From Phoronis australis (Eukaryota; Animalia; Phoronida), in contig NMRA01000674.1 of the NCBI GenBank assembly GCA_002633005.1, forward strand, positions 130,936 through 194,935: DNA of 64,000 nt, given 5' to 3'. Numbering within the stretch: the first letter of the stretch is position 1; each line of letters opens with the position of its first letter. The notes under the pieces were generated by a model. The model searched no databases, had not been told where the DNA came from, and saw nothing but the letters and a program-made list of their open reading frames with translations. A program made the translations under genes and the position numbers. Positions 14,380 to 26,734 of this stretch are shown here, piece after piece.

Positions 14380-15250
14380 CGAGAGTCCAGAGATTTTGAG
14401 CATGAAAAGGTAACCAATTTTCTTTGATACCAGAGTGATCCATAGGTATCCCAATGCCAGGAAATGTCATCTGGCAGGTTCATTCTGGTGGGTATGGTCA
14501 GAGAGCAATGAAAATGACTTTCAACAATTGAGCCTGATCAACTTTTCTGGAAAAAAATTAAAAAAATAAATGTGACAACTATTACTCAAATCACTGTATC
14601 AAAATTATTCACTGCCAGACAACTTCTGAGGCGGTTTTGACCGTGCTAGGTAAAGAATAGCGGGGTCCCACAACTGAGCGAGATCAATCCACGAGGTAAC
14701 TGCATGAAACTGGCTACAAATTAATAATCATGAACCAATATATCTTGAATGATTACTTCCAGACATATTCAGTGGTGCATTGCAATGTACCTTAGCCAGA
14801 CACACATCTACACTTTCAGCTAGCCCAATACATTAGCTAACCGGTTGAAACCAACTGTTTAACACCCAGCATCACTCCAAGCGGTGCACCAGTTGTGCCA
14901 CAAAATCTCAGTGGTGGGGTACCCTGTCAGATAAATATTTAATAAGGTCCGAAAATTGAGCTAGATCAAGCCAAGGAGTAATCGAATAAAATTGGTTGCA
15001 AAATATTCAACACAACATCACGTACCATGAATGAACACTGCCAAAAAAATCCAGAGGTGGGTAAATCCCGCCACTACGCCCAGACCTCAGAGCCGAGCTT
15101 GGCTAACCCACCAGGTAACCAGTTGAAACCAAGTGCAATGTGTTCCACATCACTCACCATGTGGCAACTATTAGATGCGAACAATCTCGGTGTGGCATTA
15201 GTTCTGCTGAACAAAAATTAAGGGTCAATCTTGAAACAACGTTAGCCATA
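14380..15250 (+). repeat. Dispersed repeat; diverged inverted copy at ~37360-38080
   Basis: AATTTTCTTTGATACCAGAGTGATCCATAGG...CATCTGGCAGGTTC and GGGGTCCCACAACTGAGCGAGATCAA match the reverse complement of 37780-38045. Confidence 0.7.
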
Positions 15251-15317
15251 AGGCGCGTGTACAATGAATGTACATGTACATGTATACAGCAAGAGTCACG
15301 CAATAATGGACCATTAA

Positions 15318-15723
15318 GTACTAGTCCACCAGAGCACCAACCATGAGCGGCAAGGTGGGGGTCAGCTGATTTTCACCAAATTTGGCACATATGTAGTCCT
15401 ATGGGATCTATAAACAGCGGTAAAATATTTCTCCAAAATATTGCGTTTTTCTAAAGTTATAGGTTCAAACACATTTTACGGCTTCGCAGCCATGTTTTCA
15501 CGGTATAAAAAGTGTCCAGTTTTAACTGTTCATATTTTTCCTTGAATGAAAGCTATTGATTTAGTATTCACTTGGCATTGTTTAGTGGAGCCTATAGATT
15601 GTTACGCAGATGTCTTTTGAAACACGATTCCGATTTACCACCCTCATTTATTAGTTTTACTACACTGCCCCCCGTTATGCCATTTTGAGGTTGTGTTCAG
15701 TACACTGCTGTACCAAATCTGCC
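15318..15723 (+). mobile_element. Second copy of the left ~400 bp of the 6340-10022 element
   Basis: Near-identical to 6340-6743 and starts at the same TTAA|GTACTAGTCCAC junction; no matching right end found. Confidence 0.85.
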
Positions 15724-15990
15724 CCCACTGTTATGAGAATGAAACTTAGCCAAAATGTTGACAAAACTTGTTACTTTCATTGCATAACATAAAAACTTTG
15801 TCAGCCAGTTTATTAGTTATACATTTTGGCACCTCAAATGTACTAAAATTAGAAATTTTCATATATCAGATCGATGCGTGAGCACCGTAAAATCCGATTG
15901 TCCTTCATGTTTTTCGATATTTTGCGACCAGTTAGTTCCTCCTGAATGTTTTGAACGTTTTACTACTGATCACTTAAGGCTATAGTACCC

Positions 15991-16610
15991 CTAAATACCA
16001 TACATGGCTCCATTTTGTAAAAAGCCGATTATGTCCTCAACAGTGAACAGGGTTAGACATGAACTCGACAAATGTAGGTTATTTTGATTTACAGTTGTTT
16101 TACTTTGCAATTTCCTCATGGGTATTTCTTCACACATATTCAAGTCAGATTTTCTGTTGATCAAATTGATTGAGTGAAGATTTTCGCGATTGTACAGAAG
16201 GCGGCATAAGGAAAACAGGAGGGCACCACTGGCCAAGGTTCAAGTTTTCTAGATGACATAGTCCTGAATAATTGTAACAATGGGGGGTCATTGATTCAGG
16301 CGCAAGGTCTTCATTTGCAAGGGTTGCTTCTTTACGCAAAGTCTTTATTTTTTGCTTGACCTCATGCATTATGATTTGGAGCATTGTATCCCTGCCCCTC
16401 TTTGTTCGAGAAAGCGCCCTTACGGCAACTGGTACATGTACATTGCGATTTTCTAGATTTCTCCTTGCAACTTTTGAATGCCCTCGCTTTATCTCCATGT
16501 TGTTGGTATTTACAATTACAAGAAAGTATTGAGAATATTCAAGTGGCACTGCGCACAAGACACTGAAAGATAAGTTACGAATTTGCACAGGACAGTTAAA
16601 TTTTGAGCTC
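15991..16610 (-). pseudogene. Decayed coding remnant, probably from a DNA transposon (family unassigned)
   Basis: Overlapping frameshifted ORFs (RTKRGRDTMLQIIMHEVKQKIK..., LLFSLCRLLYNR...) in a TE-dense setting; no catalytic motif recognised. Confidence 0.3.
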
Positions 16611-16616
16611 AATGTT

Positions 16617-16862
16617 AATGTGCGCACCCAACGTTTAAAATTTGGGTCCTTTTTCACGATGTGGACCTTTTACTATCAAAAGACGGGAGGACTAAATAAA
16701 CGGGGTACCACGTTCAGAGCTCTGAATTGTGCGTTTGCGCCTATTTAAAGGAATTTTGTTACGTTTTTCACGGACTTCTTGTTTCTCTGAGGCGGACTTA
16801 TTAGCTCAATTCTCCAAATGGGGGGCCGGGGTTTCCTCCGAGCCCACCTGGGTGCGTGCATG
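16617..16862. mobile_element. ~245-bp MITE with 5-bp TSD (ATGTT)
   Basis: Termini ATGTGCGCACCCA and CTGGGTGCGTGCATG with ATGTT on both flanks; related copy at 55444-55691. Confidence 0.8.
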
Positions 16863-17799
16863 ATGTTTACCTTACGCATTGCTGTCGCAAACGCCATTCA
16901 CAGACAGCGAAACAGCTTGGTTGTCATTTTGCCATTCACTGGCATTTGGGGCCCATTTCAATTAAAACATAGCGCACTACGTTTATTCACCTAAACACCG
17001 TCTCATTCTCATTTGAGGCAGTCCAAATACCACAACGGGAACTCATGCAGTGGCCTATAACTTAGCACAAAACTTGTAGTGAAGCTTGCAGAAATCAACA
17101 ACTTTGCATAAAAGTATATTTCTTTTTTCTTGCCGGTGGATCATTAGAATTAATTGGATAAATCTAGAAACTTGTCCATTACCTGTTGCAAATGAATTTC
17201 TGAAGACGAACATCAGAGCCCTAACTTAAAACCTTTTAAACATTAAAATTTCAAATATGTGCACAAAGACTATTAAATGTCACATCAACAGCTTTTATTT
17301 TTATCAAATACATACAATAATTCATTAAATACAATCAGCTTCATGTAACGCCAATTAAAGACAAGTAGTGGTGGCATTTTGGAAACGCACACTTGACTGA
17401 CAGGACCGCAATGGCTCATCTTTGGCCTATTTAAAGATTGAGGACACGAAGTCGCATCACCTAGTGAGCGCGGTAAAAACTGGAGCGTGCGCAGTGTAAA
17501 AATGGTGAGTTCACGATTTTGCGAACTGAACTAGTCACTGCTCGAAGAAAAACTTTGATAACGGGAGTACATGTATTTGTTCGAGTTGGAAGAAATTAAA
17601 CACATCGACAACTTCCTAAGGTGTCCCTCTATGCGTATAAGGTATTTATAAAAACGTGACTTTCATGCTTTAGCCAGTGCAAGGCATAATTCGCCAAAAA
17701 GCTTCGGGCGTATGGAGCCCTTATAGGAGAGCCCGCAGAGGCGATGGTCATTGCCTATCACCAGGTTTGACCACCATAACGTTATCACTTACACTCGTC

Positions 17800-17925
17800 T
17801 TAAAGTCCTGGACTCACACGTTGTTAAACCTTATTAAATGGTTATATGATATTATAAGGATCCAAGAAGTACCTACCACATAACTATTACACAATCCGTA
17901 ATCGAATAAAGCTTAAATAAACGCG
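17800..17925 (+). mobile_element. End of a TTAA|AG-type (Kolobok-like) MITE family
   Basis: TTAA|AGTCCTGGACTCACACGTTGTTAAACC... matches the reverse complement of 62731-62849. Confidence 0.6.
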
Positions 17926-19027
17926 CCAAAAACGATTCGCATCGGAAGAACACACGTCCATTTGGAACTTATCGCGAACCAGGAAGTACAATTCTTTCAG
18001 GAACCCATGCTAAGAAAACCCCGTCAGTGCGACTGGAGTTTTCCCGGTTACCAGCGCAGAATGGGGAATGTTGGACAAAACCCTTTTGTCCACTGACGTC
18101 ACACGCATGCTGGCGCCCTCAGTGGAGGTTAGGAGACTTTGCACTGGTGGCCTGCCCTTGTAGAGTCTGCAGTTTGTTTACAAAACTGGTAACTTGACTC
18201 AGCGTGGTAACATCATTTGTATCAAACAAAGATACTCTATACCGAAATATTTGTTTGTATACCAGGCCACGGACAGTGCTGTTCTTGAATGGAATTATTT
18301 ATGGATATTAAGGCAATCCTTTGGCAAATATGAGCAGACTTTGAACATACCATTTTGTAAGACATAACCTTCAAAATTTTAATAAAAAATTAACGAATGC
18401 TATCCTGCGTATGACCTTGCTTACCAGTACGACATTCTTTTGGGCACGTTGAGTTTGTTGTCACGAGAACCGACTCACCTGTTTTGTGGAAAGCTTCCCC
18501 ACAGCTTTGAACACAGACTCGTTTTGGGGTTCTGGAATATAATGATTTATTCACTACACCAACTTGTCCACCTTTGCTACAATAAGGCTACCGATGTTCA
18601 CGGAATTTGCTTGATGGAGCAATTATGTGCGAAGACTAAATCACGGGTAACGTGTGAACTTGACTAACACGGTGCGAGTTTGTTGATCAAGAGCTGTTGA
18701 TGACATCAGATTTTATATCCTTTTCATTTCCTACATGTACGAATCGTTGAAAAGCGCCATCCAAGTCAAAACCAAGTATCTTGAAATATAACCCGTTTCA
18801 AATACCTGACCTTAGACATGACGCAGTAATCTAATACCTGACACGTTTTGATACCCATGTTGATACCAAAATCAATGAAAACCACACCCATTTCTCATAA
18901 TCATGAGCTGCCAGCAAGAATTAATTCGATTGTGCGTATCCAAACACAATGCGTTTTTCCCATATTTCATTTGAAACCTGAAGTTGGTCTAGTGCGGCAT
19001 CCCTATCAACCACGACAAGACAATTCA

Positions 19028-19832
19028 GCCGACCACCTCAATCACCATTTATGGCATCCACATTGACTCTGCCACCATGACTGCTTCTCTCCCACAGGAC
19101 AAGGTGGACAGAGCTTCCAACATCCTGCTCGACTTCCAAAAACGTCGCAAGGTTACTCTTCGCGACCTCCAATCCCTCATTGGTCTACTAAACTTTGCCT
19201 GCTCCGTCATCGTGCCCGGCCGCGCCTTCCTGCGCCGACTCATCAACCTCACCATCGGCATTTCGAGACCAGACCACTTTGTCACTCTCAATAAAGAAGC
19301 TAGAGCGGACCTTCGGGCTTGGTCCATCTTTCTCCGAGGCTTCAATGAGAAAACACTGTTCCTATTCGACAAGTGGACATCTTCAGACACCATCAAACTG
19401 TACTATGATGCTGCGGGCTCCAACGGGGGTTTTGCTGCGACATTGGGAGCTTCCTGGTTTGCCTACCCGTCGCCCGAGCACCTCCAACGCCATCACATCA
19501 CCTTCAAGGAACTCCTTCCGATTGCCATAGCGCTAGAGCTGTGGGGTTCAAAGCTTGTCAACCACAAGATCCTCTTGCTGTGCGACAACCGTGCTGTCGT
19601 TGACATTATCAACAAGACCTCCTCCCGCCACGCCCCCATTATGTCTCTTGTTCGTCGTCTGGTCATCTCCGCTCTTACCTTTAATGTTCATTTTCGGGCA
19701 AAACATATCCCCGGCTACACTAACATCATCGCTGATGCACTTTCTCGTTTCAACTTTCAGGTCGCCTTTTCCCAGGGTTATTGGCTCAGCCCTCATCCGA
19801 CACCGATCCCGCCGCACCTCCTGACAGAGTGA
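19028..19832 (+). pseudogene. Ngaro-type YR retrotransposon: RT C-terminus and RNase H (5'-truncated)
   Basis: LQSLIGLLNFACSVIVPGRAFLRRL, LYYDAAGS, HITFKELLPI, CDNRAVVDIIN and HIPGYTNIIADALSR are DIRS-group RT/RNase H motifs. Confidence 0.92.
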
Positions 19833-20660
19833 CCAGACTGCTCCGGGCTTCCCTGGCCCCCTCCACTCTTCAGTCCTACACCCGCATCCTGCATAACCTC
19901 GCACAGTTTCACCTCTCCTCTAACAACTCTCCGCTCACCTTGCCCATTAATACCTCTTTCCTGGCCCTCTACATCTCTCATCTCTTCGAATCTAGCCTTA
20001 GTAGCTCGTCTATCCAGTCCTATGTCTCTGCCATTAGTTTTGTCCACAAGCTTGACATCCTCCCAGTCCCCACTTCCTCCTTTTTCATCAAAAAAATCCT
20101 CAAAGGCACTTCCAATCTGCGCCCTTCTTCTGACGCACGCATGCCCATTACTTCCGCTTTGCTTCACTGCTTGTTTGGCGCCTGGCCTTCTGCACTTGGC
20201 TCTTTTGCCGACTCGGTTCTCGCACGTGCTATGTTCCTCTTAGCCTTCCATGCCTTCCTCAGGGTCGGTGAATTCACAGTCACCTCCTCGCTCTCCTCCC
20301 ACGTCATACAGGTCAGTGACGTCGTCTTCCCCCCTCTGGCGATACTGTGGTCATCACTATGCGTACCTTCAAGCACAGCTCGCGACCAGTGTCACAATTC
20401 CGTCCAGCCAATCTCCCCATTGCCCAGTAGCTGCCCTAACCTTGTACTTGTCTACTTTTCAGCCCTCTCCTGGCCCCTTGTTCCGACACCTCAGTGGATC
20501 ACCGGTTATTCGTTCCTGCTTCAACTCCATGTTAACTAAAGTGGTTTCCTTTGTAGGTCTCGACACCAAGTCTTATACGTCTCATAACTTTCGCATTGGC
20601 GCGGCCACCTCTGCGGCCAGCCGTGGCGACCCTGAACCGTTGATCCAGCGCATCTTGCAG
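19781..20660 (+). pseudogene. Tyrosine recombinase of the same Ngaro-type element (frameshifted, 3'-truncated)
   Basis: Overlaps the RNase H end on the same strand. Contains SLAPSTLQSY, FHAFLRVGEF (catalytic R) and SHNFRIGAAT (HxxR); breaks off before the GRW...Y motif. Confidence 0.9.
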
Positions 20661-23600
20661 AGTCTTAGTAAGTTTTATCTATTTATGTCATAATAAATGA
20701 CAATATTCGCAATCCTCCTCTTGTTTTAGTCTGCAACATAGCTCGTGGCGTACCCCGGGCAAAATAGATTACGATAAACACACATGTGCCCGATTTAAGT
20801 GTTGTGTTATTCATACTGTATGGATACAGGATAGCAACGTAAAAAGAATTCAGCGACAGTACAAAGGTGCATTCCAAAAGGCGCAACCAAAAATTTCTGG
20901 GATTCATATTTCTTGAACATGAAATTTGAGCAGCTGGATTTACAACAAGCAACATTTACACCAGTCAAGCCAGTTTGTTTGCATAAAGCGCTAAATCTTG
21001 AGAATTCAACCAGTTAATCAGAAATGCAAGTGAAAAAAAATTCCCGAGAAAACTAAACGATACCTACCAGCTGGCTACCACCTATCGGCACGCAGAGAAC
21101 GAGCGAGGGCCTAACTTGTTCGTTACATGCCTGTCTACTGTTTCATATAATCTGAAATAATGTTCACGATCTTGCATTCTACAGCGGCTATACTGAACGA
21201 TCGCGTTTCGTGTTGGGCCTAGCAGTTATGTGAAATACAGCAGCTGACGGATTATACTAAAAAGTTTATTCCAAGTATGCTCGTCAAAAGAAAAAAACGA
21301 ATGTTTTAGTCAGATGAGAAGCCTTGTCTTACTTCCCCTTGTTCGTTAGTTACTGATATTTTTGTGATGTAAATTACGAAAATTCCAAAGATATGGCGAA
21401 AAACATTATAACCGTGGATATCATAAATTGTTATAATTAGAGCGTAATTAGCATTGGTCAAATGAAATGCAGTTTGAGAGTGGCGTTCACCTGTGCGCGT
21501 CTGTGTAACATGTGAACAATAACTGTTTTGGGGTTATTGGTTACAATCATCTCCACAGAAAAAAGTTTCAGATTCATGTGAACGTTAAATGAGAACGAAA
21601 TCTGACGGACAACCATTAGAATCGAGAATAAACGTTGTCATGCCAAACGAACTACCTGCATGTACGTCAAAAGTGGATAAGTTTATATCTCCTGAAATTA
21701 TCCATGAACTTGTTTATATCGCTCCTAAAACCAGTGCGTGTCAGTTGAGCTTTGGCGGATAGTAGATAAATGTCGGGAAAACTAAAACTGGCCCGCAGCC
21801 AGCATTGCTCGGGGGGCTGGTTCGAATATCTAGCAAGCTGAACCTTTGTTATTTTGCAAATGTCGACACAAGAGTTTTCAAGGGGACCGAAAATTTGTAT
21901 GCACGGCAAAGATGGTTTTCATTTTTATGTTCGTGAGATCATACATAATTCAGAAATGAGGATGCCGTGACGTTTGTTCGAAAAGAGCAGGACTCAAATT
22001 CTGGTGTATATATGGTACACACATAGATTGTTCTATCGTTACCTCCTACCAAACTTTCAAATCAAACGTTTTTAAAAGAGTGATTACTCATTTCATCCTC
22101 AGACATAAATAATTGGATAATGACTTGACGTAAATTCTCATTTGATTGCATTTTTACGTGTTACTTATTGCTTACAACGATGGAAATGGAATTAAGCCAC
22201 TATTCCGAAGCAAATTTTATAGTTACCAAAGATGTCCGCTTGTGACCTAAATTCGTCACAGCTTTTCATTTAGCGCCGCCTTCTGAGAGGAGCTCATAAA
22301 ACGAAACAACATAGATAACTGTTAAGTTAGTTTGTCCTTTGGTGTTGACAAAATTTTTTGTTTCACTTGCATAAAACTAAGGAGAGGTAAGTCTATATTC
22401 ATTGTATATTCCACGCTAGGCCTACTGTTCTCAAGTATGTGCTGATCGGAGAACAGGAGTAAGTACTGGAGTAGAATAATAATAGTAGCAGGCCTACCTA
22501 TTGGGAATAGTTACTAAGAGTTGACAATACTGAGGCCCGTAGCATGGTCGTATGAGTCTCAATCGGTAGTGGATGCACCATCTTCTGCCAGGAATGTAAC
22601 AAAATCGATGTGGAGTTGTATCAGCTGTATTTGGTTAAATAAGACTAGTTTGTGTGTATTCTGCAGTTCAGGTTACAGTGTCAGACCCAGTGTCCTAGTC
22701 CACTGGCCTTGTTGACTGTGTGAAAACTGGGGTGAGATTGCACTTACACGGCCAGGTTTAGTGGAGAATGTTTGCATGCTTGCACAATGTAAAGATATTG
22801 TTTGTTTTCGTGTAGACTATGCTTAAAAAACCATGTGGAAAATGTCATTCTATTGAATTCAGGCAGTTGCTTTCATACCAGTCTTAGCCCTGAAAAAGTC
22901 TCAATTAATTACAGTTTAATATTATCATAATTAAATATTATCATAATTTCATAAACGTCCACGTAAATACAAATGATATTTCCTATAGATTGATATTGTA
23001 TTGTATTGTATTGTTATGCTTACAAAGGGATCTAAGAATTTTGTTATTCACTTGAATGGTCTTTACATTCATTCTAGTCTTATTGCATCGCATTAGTTAT
23101 CCCATGTGCAAAACATCATTATATTTTTGTTTTCCTCAAGTAAATTGTAGATAGTGATTCCTCAAAATTGGCTTGATGTCTAAAAATCTTGTTTTTATCC
23201 AAGGTAATTACAATCTTCACCACAGGCTCGGGCCTGGCTTGGGGGTCTCTGAATACAACTTGGTCCCCCGCCAATAGGTGGCGGTGCTCGAACTGTGTGA
23301 CTAGGCAAATTACACTGGGACGACCATCTTGGGATACAGTATCTTTGTCCGAATGTTCTTTATTCCGAATGTTCACTACTTCACTTGTCATCTCTGAAAG
23401 TTCACTACACCGAAAGTATCTTAACTTTCTGACTCTGGTGCAATTGTTATAATTTTGCATGGAAAACGACAATTCGGTTATTACATGCAGCTATACCAAA
23501 AATAACCACGGCTAATAAATCACGTTGTTTGGATTTCATGTGCATGAAAAATTGCCCGCATATCTTTCGAATACGTAAAAGTGAGTACTGTACGTACTTG

Positions 23601-24114
23601 GATTTTTAAAGGAATGCAAAGTAGGTACATGTATATTTGATAAATTATCAACTACGATACATTGATCAAATCCTTGTCCAGATCGCATCATCTCACAGTT
23701 TGACTGAAATGTTTATGGCGACTTTACCTCATTCTTACCCACCGAAACTGCTCGCACGGCTGTGTAGCAACTAAATGTATTTAGTAGGCTACCTTGTCCC
23801 TGTCATTCTTCTCCAAAGTGTCGCCCAGTCTTCTTAAATTTAAAACCGCAGTTGGCGGCCACAGCAGGAACCAGTGTCCCTGGTTGTTCAGTTAGATCCT
23901 TACATCACGACTGGCAGTGATGATTGGAACTGAGTTCTATTGTTAACATTAATTTTGATGTTTTAGGAACAATCCAGCTCTTGGCCACCCTTTAATTGGT
24001 TACTAAATGGAAAAACAACTTAAAACCACGATATCAGCCTCGAAAGGCCAATACAACCGCTAAATAGCCCATTTAGTTATTCAACGGTGTTAAATAACAG
24101 TTTGGCGAGAAATC

Positions 24115-24180
24115 GAGGCCGGTTTCGAACCCGGTCCGTAAGAATTTTGGGTCGTCAACTTTACCAGTGCACCAGTCAGC
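24115..24180 (-). mobile_element. tRNA-derived SINE head
   Basis: Minus strand has A-box TGGTGCACTGG and B-box GGTTCGAAACC; no intact cloverleaf. Confidence 0.5.
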
Positions 24181-24536
24181 AACTGACGTTATTGAGCATA
24201 AAAATAGAATACTTAAATGAGCACGCGCAATATTCACAGTTCAGCAGACGATGTATTCCCGGTAGAAGCTTAGCATGATAAAATGTGAATTATGCTAGAC
24301 TGGTTGCTAAATCTTATTCCTGTTTGTTTGAATTTCCAATTGCTTTTGAGAAAAAAACATTATTTTAATAAAAATAACTCGACTTTTCTTAAATGGTCAC
24401 AAACTCCGATCCTGGGCCTGACATACATGTACATGTAAAAAGTAGTTACAAAGCCGAGGCGAGTCCAGAAAGGTATATCTACATGTATTCATCCCTAATG
24501 TTTCGCGTTCAGTACATGTACAGGTATGTGGTATGA

Positions 24537-24699
24537 ATAGATTATTGCATTTCTCAATCCTTAACCCACTTATCTACAGCCCTTTTGGATTATAGAGAAT
24601 TATCGTCCTCGGGGCTAACGTCCCTCGGGCGATAATTCTCAAAAATCAACTCGGGCTCTAGATAACGGGGCATAACGACTTCGCCATGCAATAGTCTAT
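24537..24699. mobile_element. ~160-bp palindromic (fold-back) non-autonomous element
   Basis: ATAGATTATTGCAT...GAGAATTATCGTCCTCGGGG is mirrored by CCCTCGGGCGATAATTCTC...ATGCAATAGTCTAT. Confidence 0.7.
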
Positions 24700-24753
24700 A
24701 TTTATTCATGTCAGTTCCGACAGATTAGTAGATGGTTAGAGAAATGAAATGTC

Positions 24754-24865
24754 GGAGTTGTTTCGAAATTGTGGACATTCAAAGTAGTGAATTGCCGTAG
24801 TAGTGAACACCCGATGGTGGCGAACCTTCGAAGTAGTGAAGCATCGGAGTAGTGAACCTTCCGGC
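24754..24865. repeat. Short tandem motif family TCGGAGTAGTGAACCT (MITE-associated)
   Basis: Several ~16-bp units; related arrays at ~3583-3610, 23348-23415, 55700-55790 and 56655-56745. Confidence 0.55.
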
Positions 24866-24901
24866 ATATCAGAAAACTCTGGGTTGTTTTGTAAACTAGT
24901 A

Positions 24902-24929
24902 CTAGCGAGTAGATGAGGGCGAAGCCCTC
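24902..24929 (-). mobile_element. Helitron-type 3' terminus
   Basis: Minus strand reads GAGGGC-TTC-GCCCTC (perfect hairpin), then ATCTACTCG, then CTAG|T. Confidence 0.55.
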
Positions 24930-25293
24930 GGACAATTTCACAAGATCGGTGGATCTCGCCGCCTGTACTTGCTGTGGTTGATGTGGACATGGATCGAACG
25001 GCAGGACCTGGAAGGCGGTTGATGAGGTTCTTCTTCTTACGGAAATGAGACGCTGGCAGGATGGCAACACCTTGGATGTCGGTGTTTTTTCACATTTTTG
25101 TCGTCAAATAACCACTCGAACACAACTTGACGTGATCAAGTGAAAGAAATTAGTCAAAGATTTATTAAATGCTGAGTTCCTAGATTTCCATGCACATTTT
25201 AGTAAAAAACATTGCGGAAACCGGTTTTTAATGTCCAACTTTCATTGTATGTTTTATCAGTAGCCTAGTTGGTGACGTCAGTGGTGATTGAAT

Positions 25294-26548
25294 AACAGAT
25301 GAAAGCGCTCCGAGGAGCGAACCTTGGCGAAATTAACCAAAAAGATGACGATAAAGATGATGACGAAGATGACGAATATGACGACGATGGTGAACAAAAG
25401 AATTATTAATAACATAGACATGACGAACGTAAAAGTCCGAAATCAGTAAGAAAAAGGCTACAGTCTTGTGCTACACTTGGCGAAATTAACGGAAAAGACA
25501 AGGACGGAGATGATGACGAAGATGATGACGATGATAACGAATATGATGATGATGGTGGCGATGATGAACAACATCACAACATTCATATGATGAACTTAGA
25601 TGTCATAAATCAATAAGAAATAGGCTACAGTCTAGTTCAATAGAAGATATACCAACATCAATGCAGCAAGAGCGCTCAACAAAGGAACAGCGTTATCAGA
25701 AAATCTCAAATAACTCGAAAAGTAGACGTCCTAGCGAAAAATGGAAGACATCTTCTGAAAGCCCGTTCAAAATTCTATCTAAAGTGATGGTATCGCCTAA
25801 TTCCGTAAATTTTTCGAAAAAAATGAAATTTTGCGTTTTTTTTAAAAATTCAAAGTCAAATAACTCGATAACGGTAAGTCTGAAAAAAAATTGTTAGAGG
25901 CCGTTTGAAAGATAATTCTTCAAAGAATCCACATGCAAAAAATCACGTCTTTTTGTCTTCCCGTTTTAAATCGCACTCCAGCACGACTGAAAATGGGCTA
26001 ACATGCGCCAGATCCGCAATCTTGAATGCAACTTCCGGTTTTTTAGTTGATACAATAGCATGTCACAAAAAACTAATATCCGTAAAACTTCGAAGGAATT
26101 GGCCCCATAATGCGCCCTGTACAGGAGAAAACGTTATTAGGCCAAAATCGAGGTGCGCATGCGCGATCACTGATATATCCGCCATCTTTGACCGGAAGTA
26201 AACAATTTGCAGGAGACATGTAGTGCACATCCGGTCCACTTATTGTGCCGATTTTCAGCTCTGTACGTAAAAAATTGCACAATTGTAGCACATGCGTTCT
26301 AGTATATTCGTACCGATTTTCAATTATGTAGGTTGAAAAATGCGGCCTCTACAAGCATTTGACTGTGAAATCGGATACAAAATGTCCGCCACGTCCGCCA
26401 TTTTGTATCCGATCATGACCAAAAACAATAGGCTTCCAGGACTTTCCGATCTACACGTTGTGTGCAAATTTCGTGAAAATCGGACGAAAACTGCGACCTG
26501 TAGAGTGATAACAAAAAATACTTGGCGAAAGAATCTCGCCAAGTAATA
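25294..26548 (+). mobile_element. Helentron/HINE-like non-autonomous element, unit 1
   Basis: 5' GCGCTC..GAGCG inverted repeat, GAT/GAC microsatellite blocks, and a terminal hairpin TACTTGGCGAAAGAATCTCGCCAAGTA followed by an A-rich tail. Confidence 0.6.
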
Positions 26549-26734
26549 AACACAACTTTTCTTCGTCCGCCGCTTAGAATAGAACACAAAGAACTTCTAC
26601 AAGAGAAGAATTACGAAAAGCCATGCGGTGGAGCATAGAAACATGCAGGGAAGTGTCTTTTCACAAATGAACTGGCTGTGTACTCCTCTTAGAAGCAGTC
26701 TCAAGCAGACCATGNTAATGCTGTCGGGGTAACA

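Noticed and set aside
19781-20693. Phage or integron integrase
   Set aside because: Overlaps a DIRS-group RT/RNase H in the Ngaro arrangement; it is a eukaryotic retroelement.
22667-22731. Exon-like segment CTGCAG|...GGG|GTGAGA as another Cys-peptide exon
   Set aside because: Stops occur in all three frames and there is no six-Cys frame.
23119-23472. 117-aa ORF as a host gene
   Set aside because: Partly made of the TTCACTAC/CCGAA repeat family; no recognisable domain or supported splice structure.
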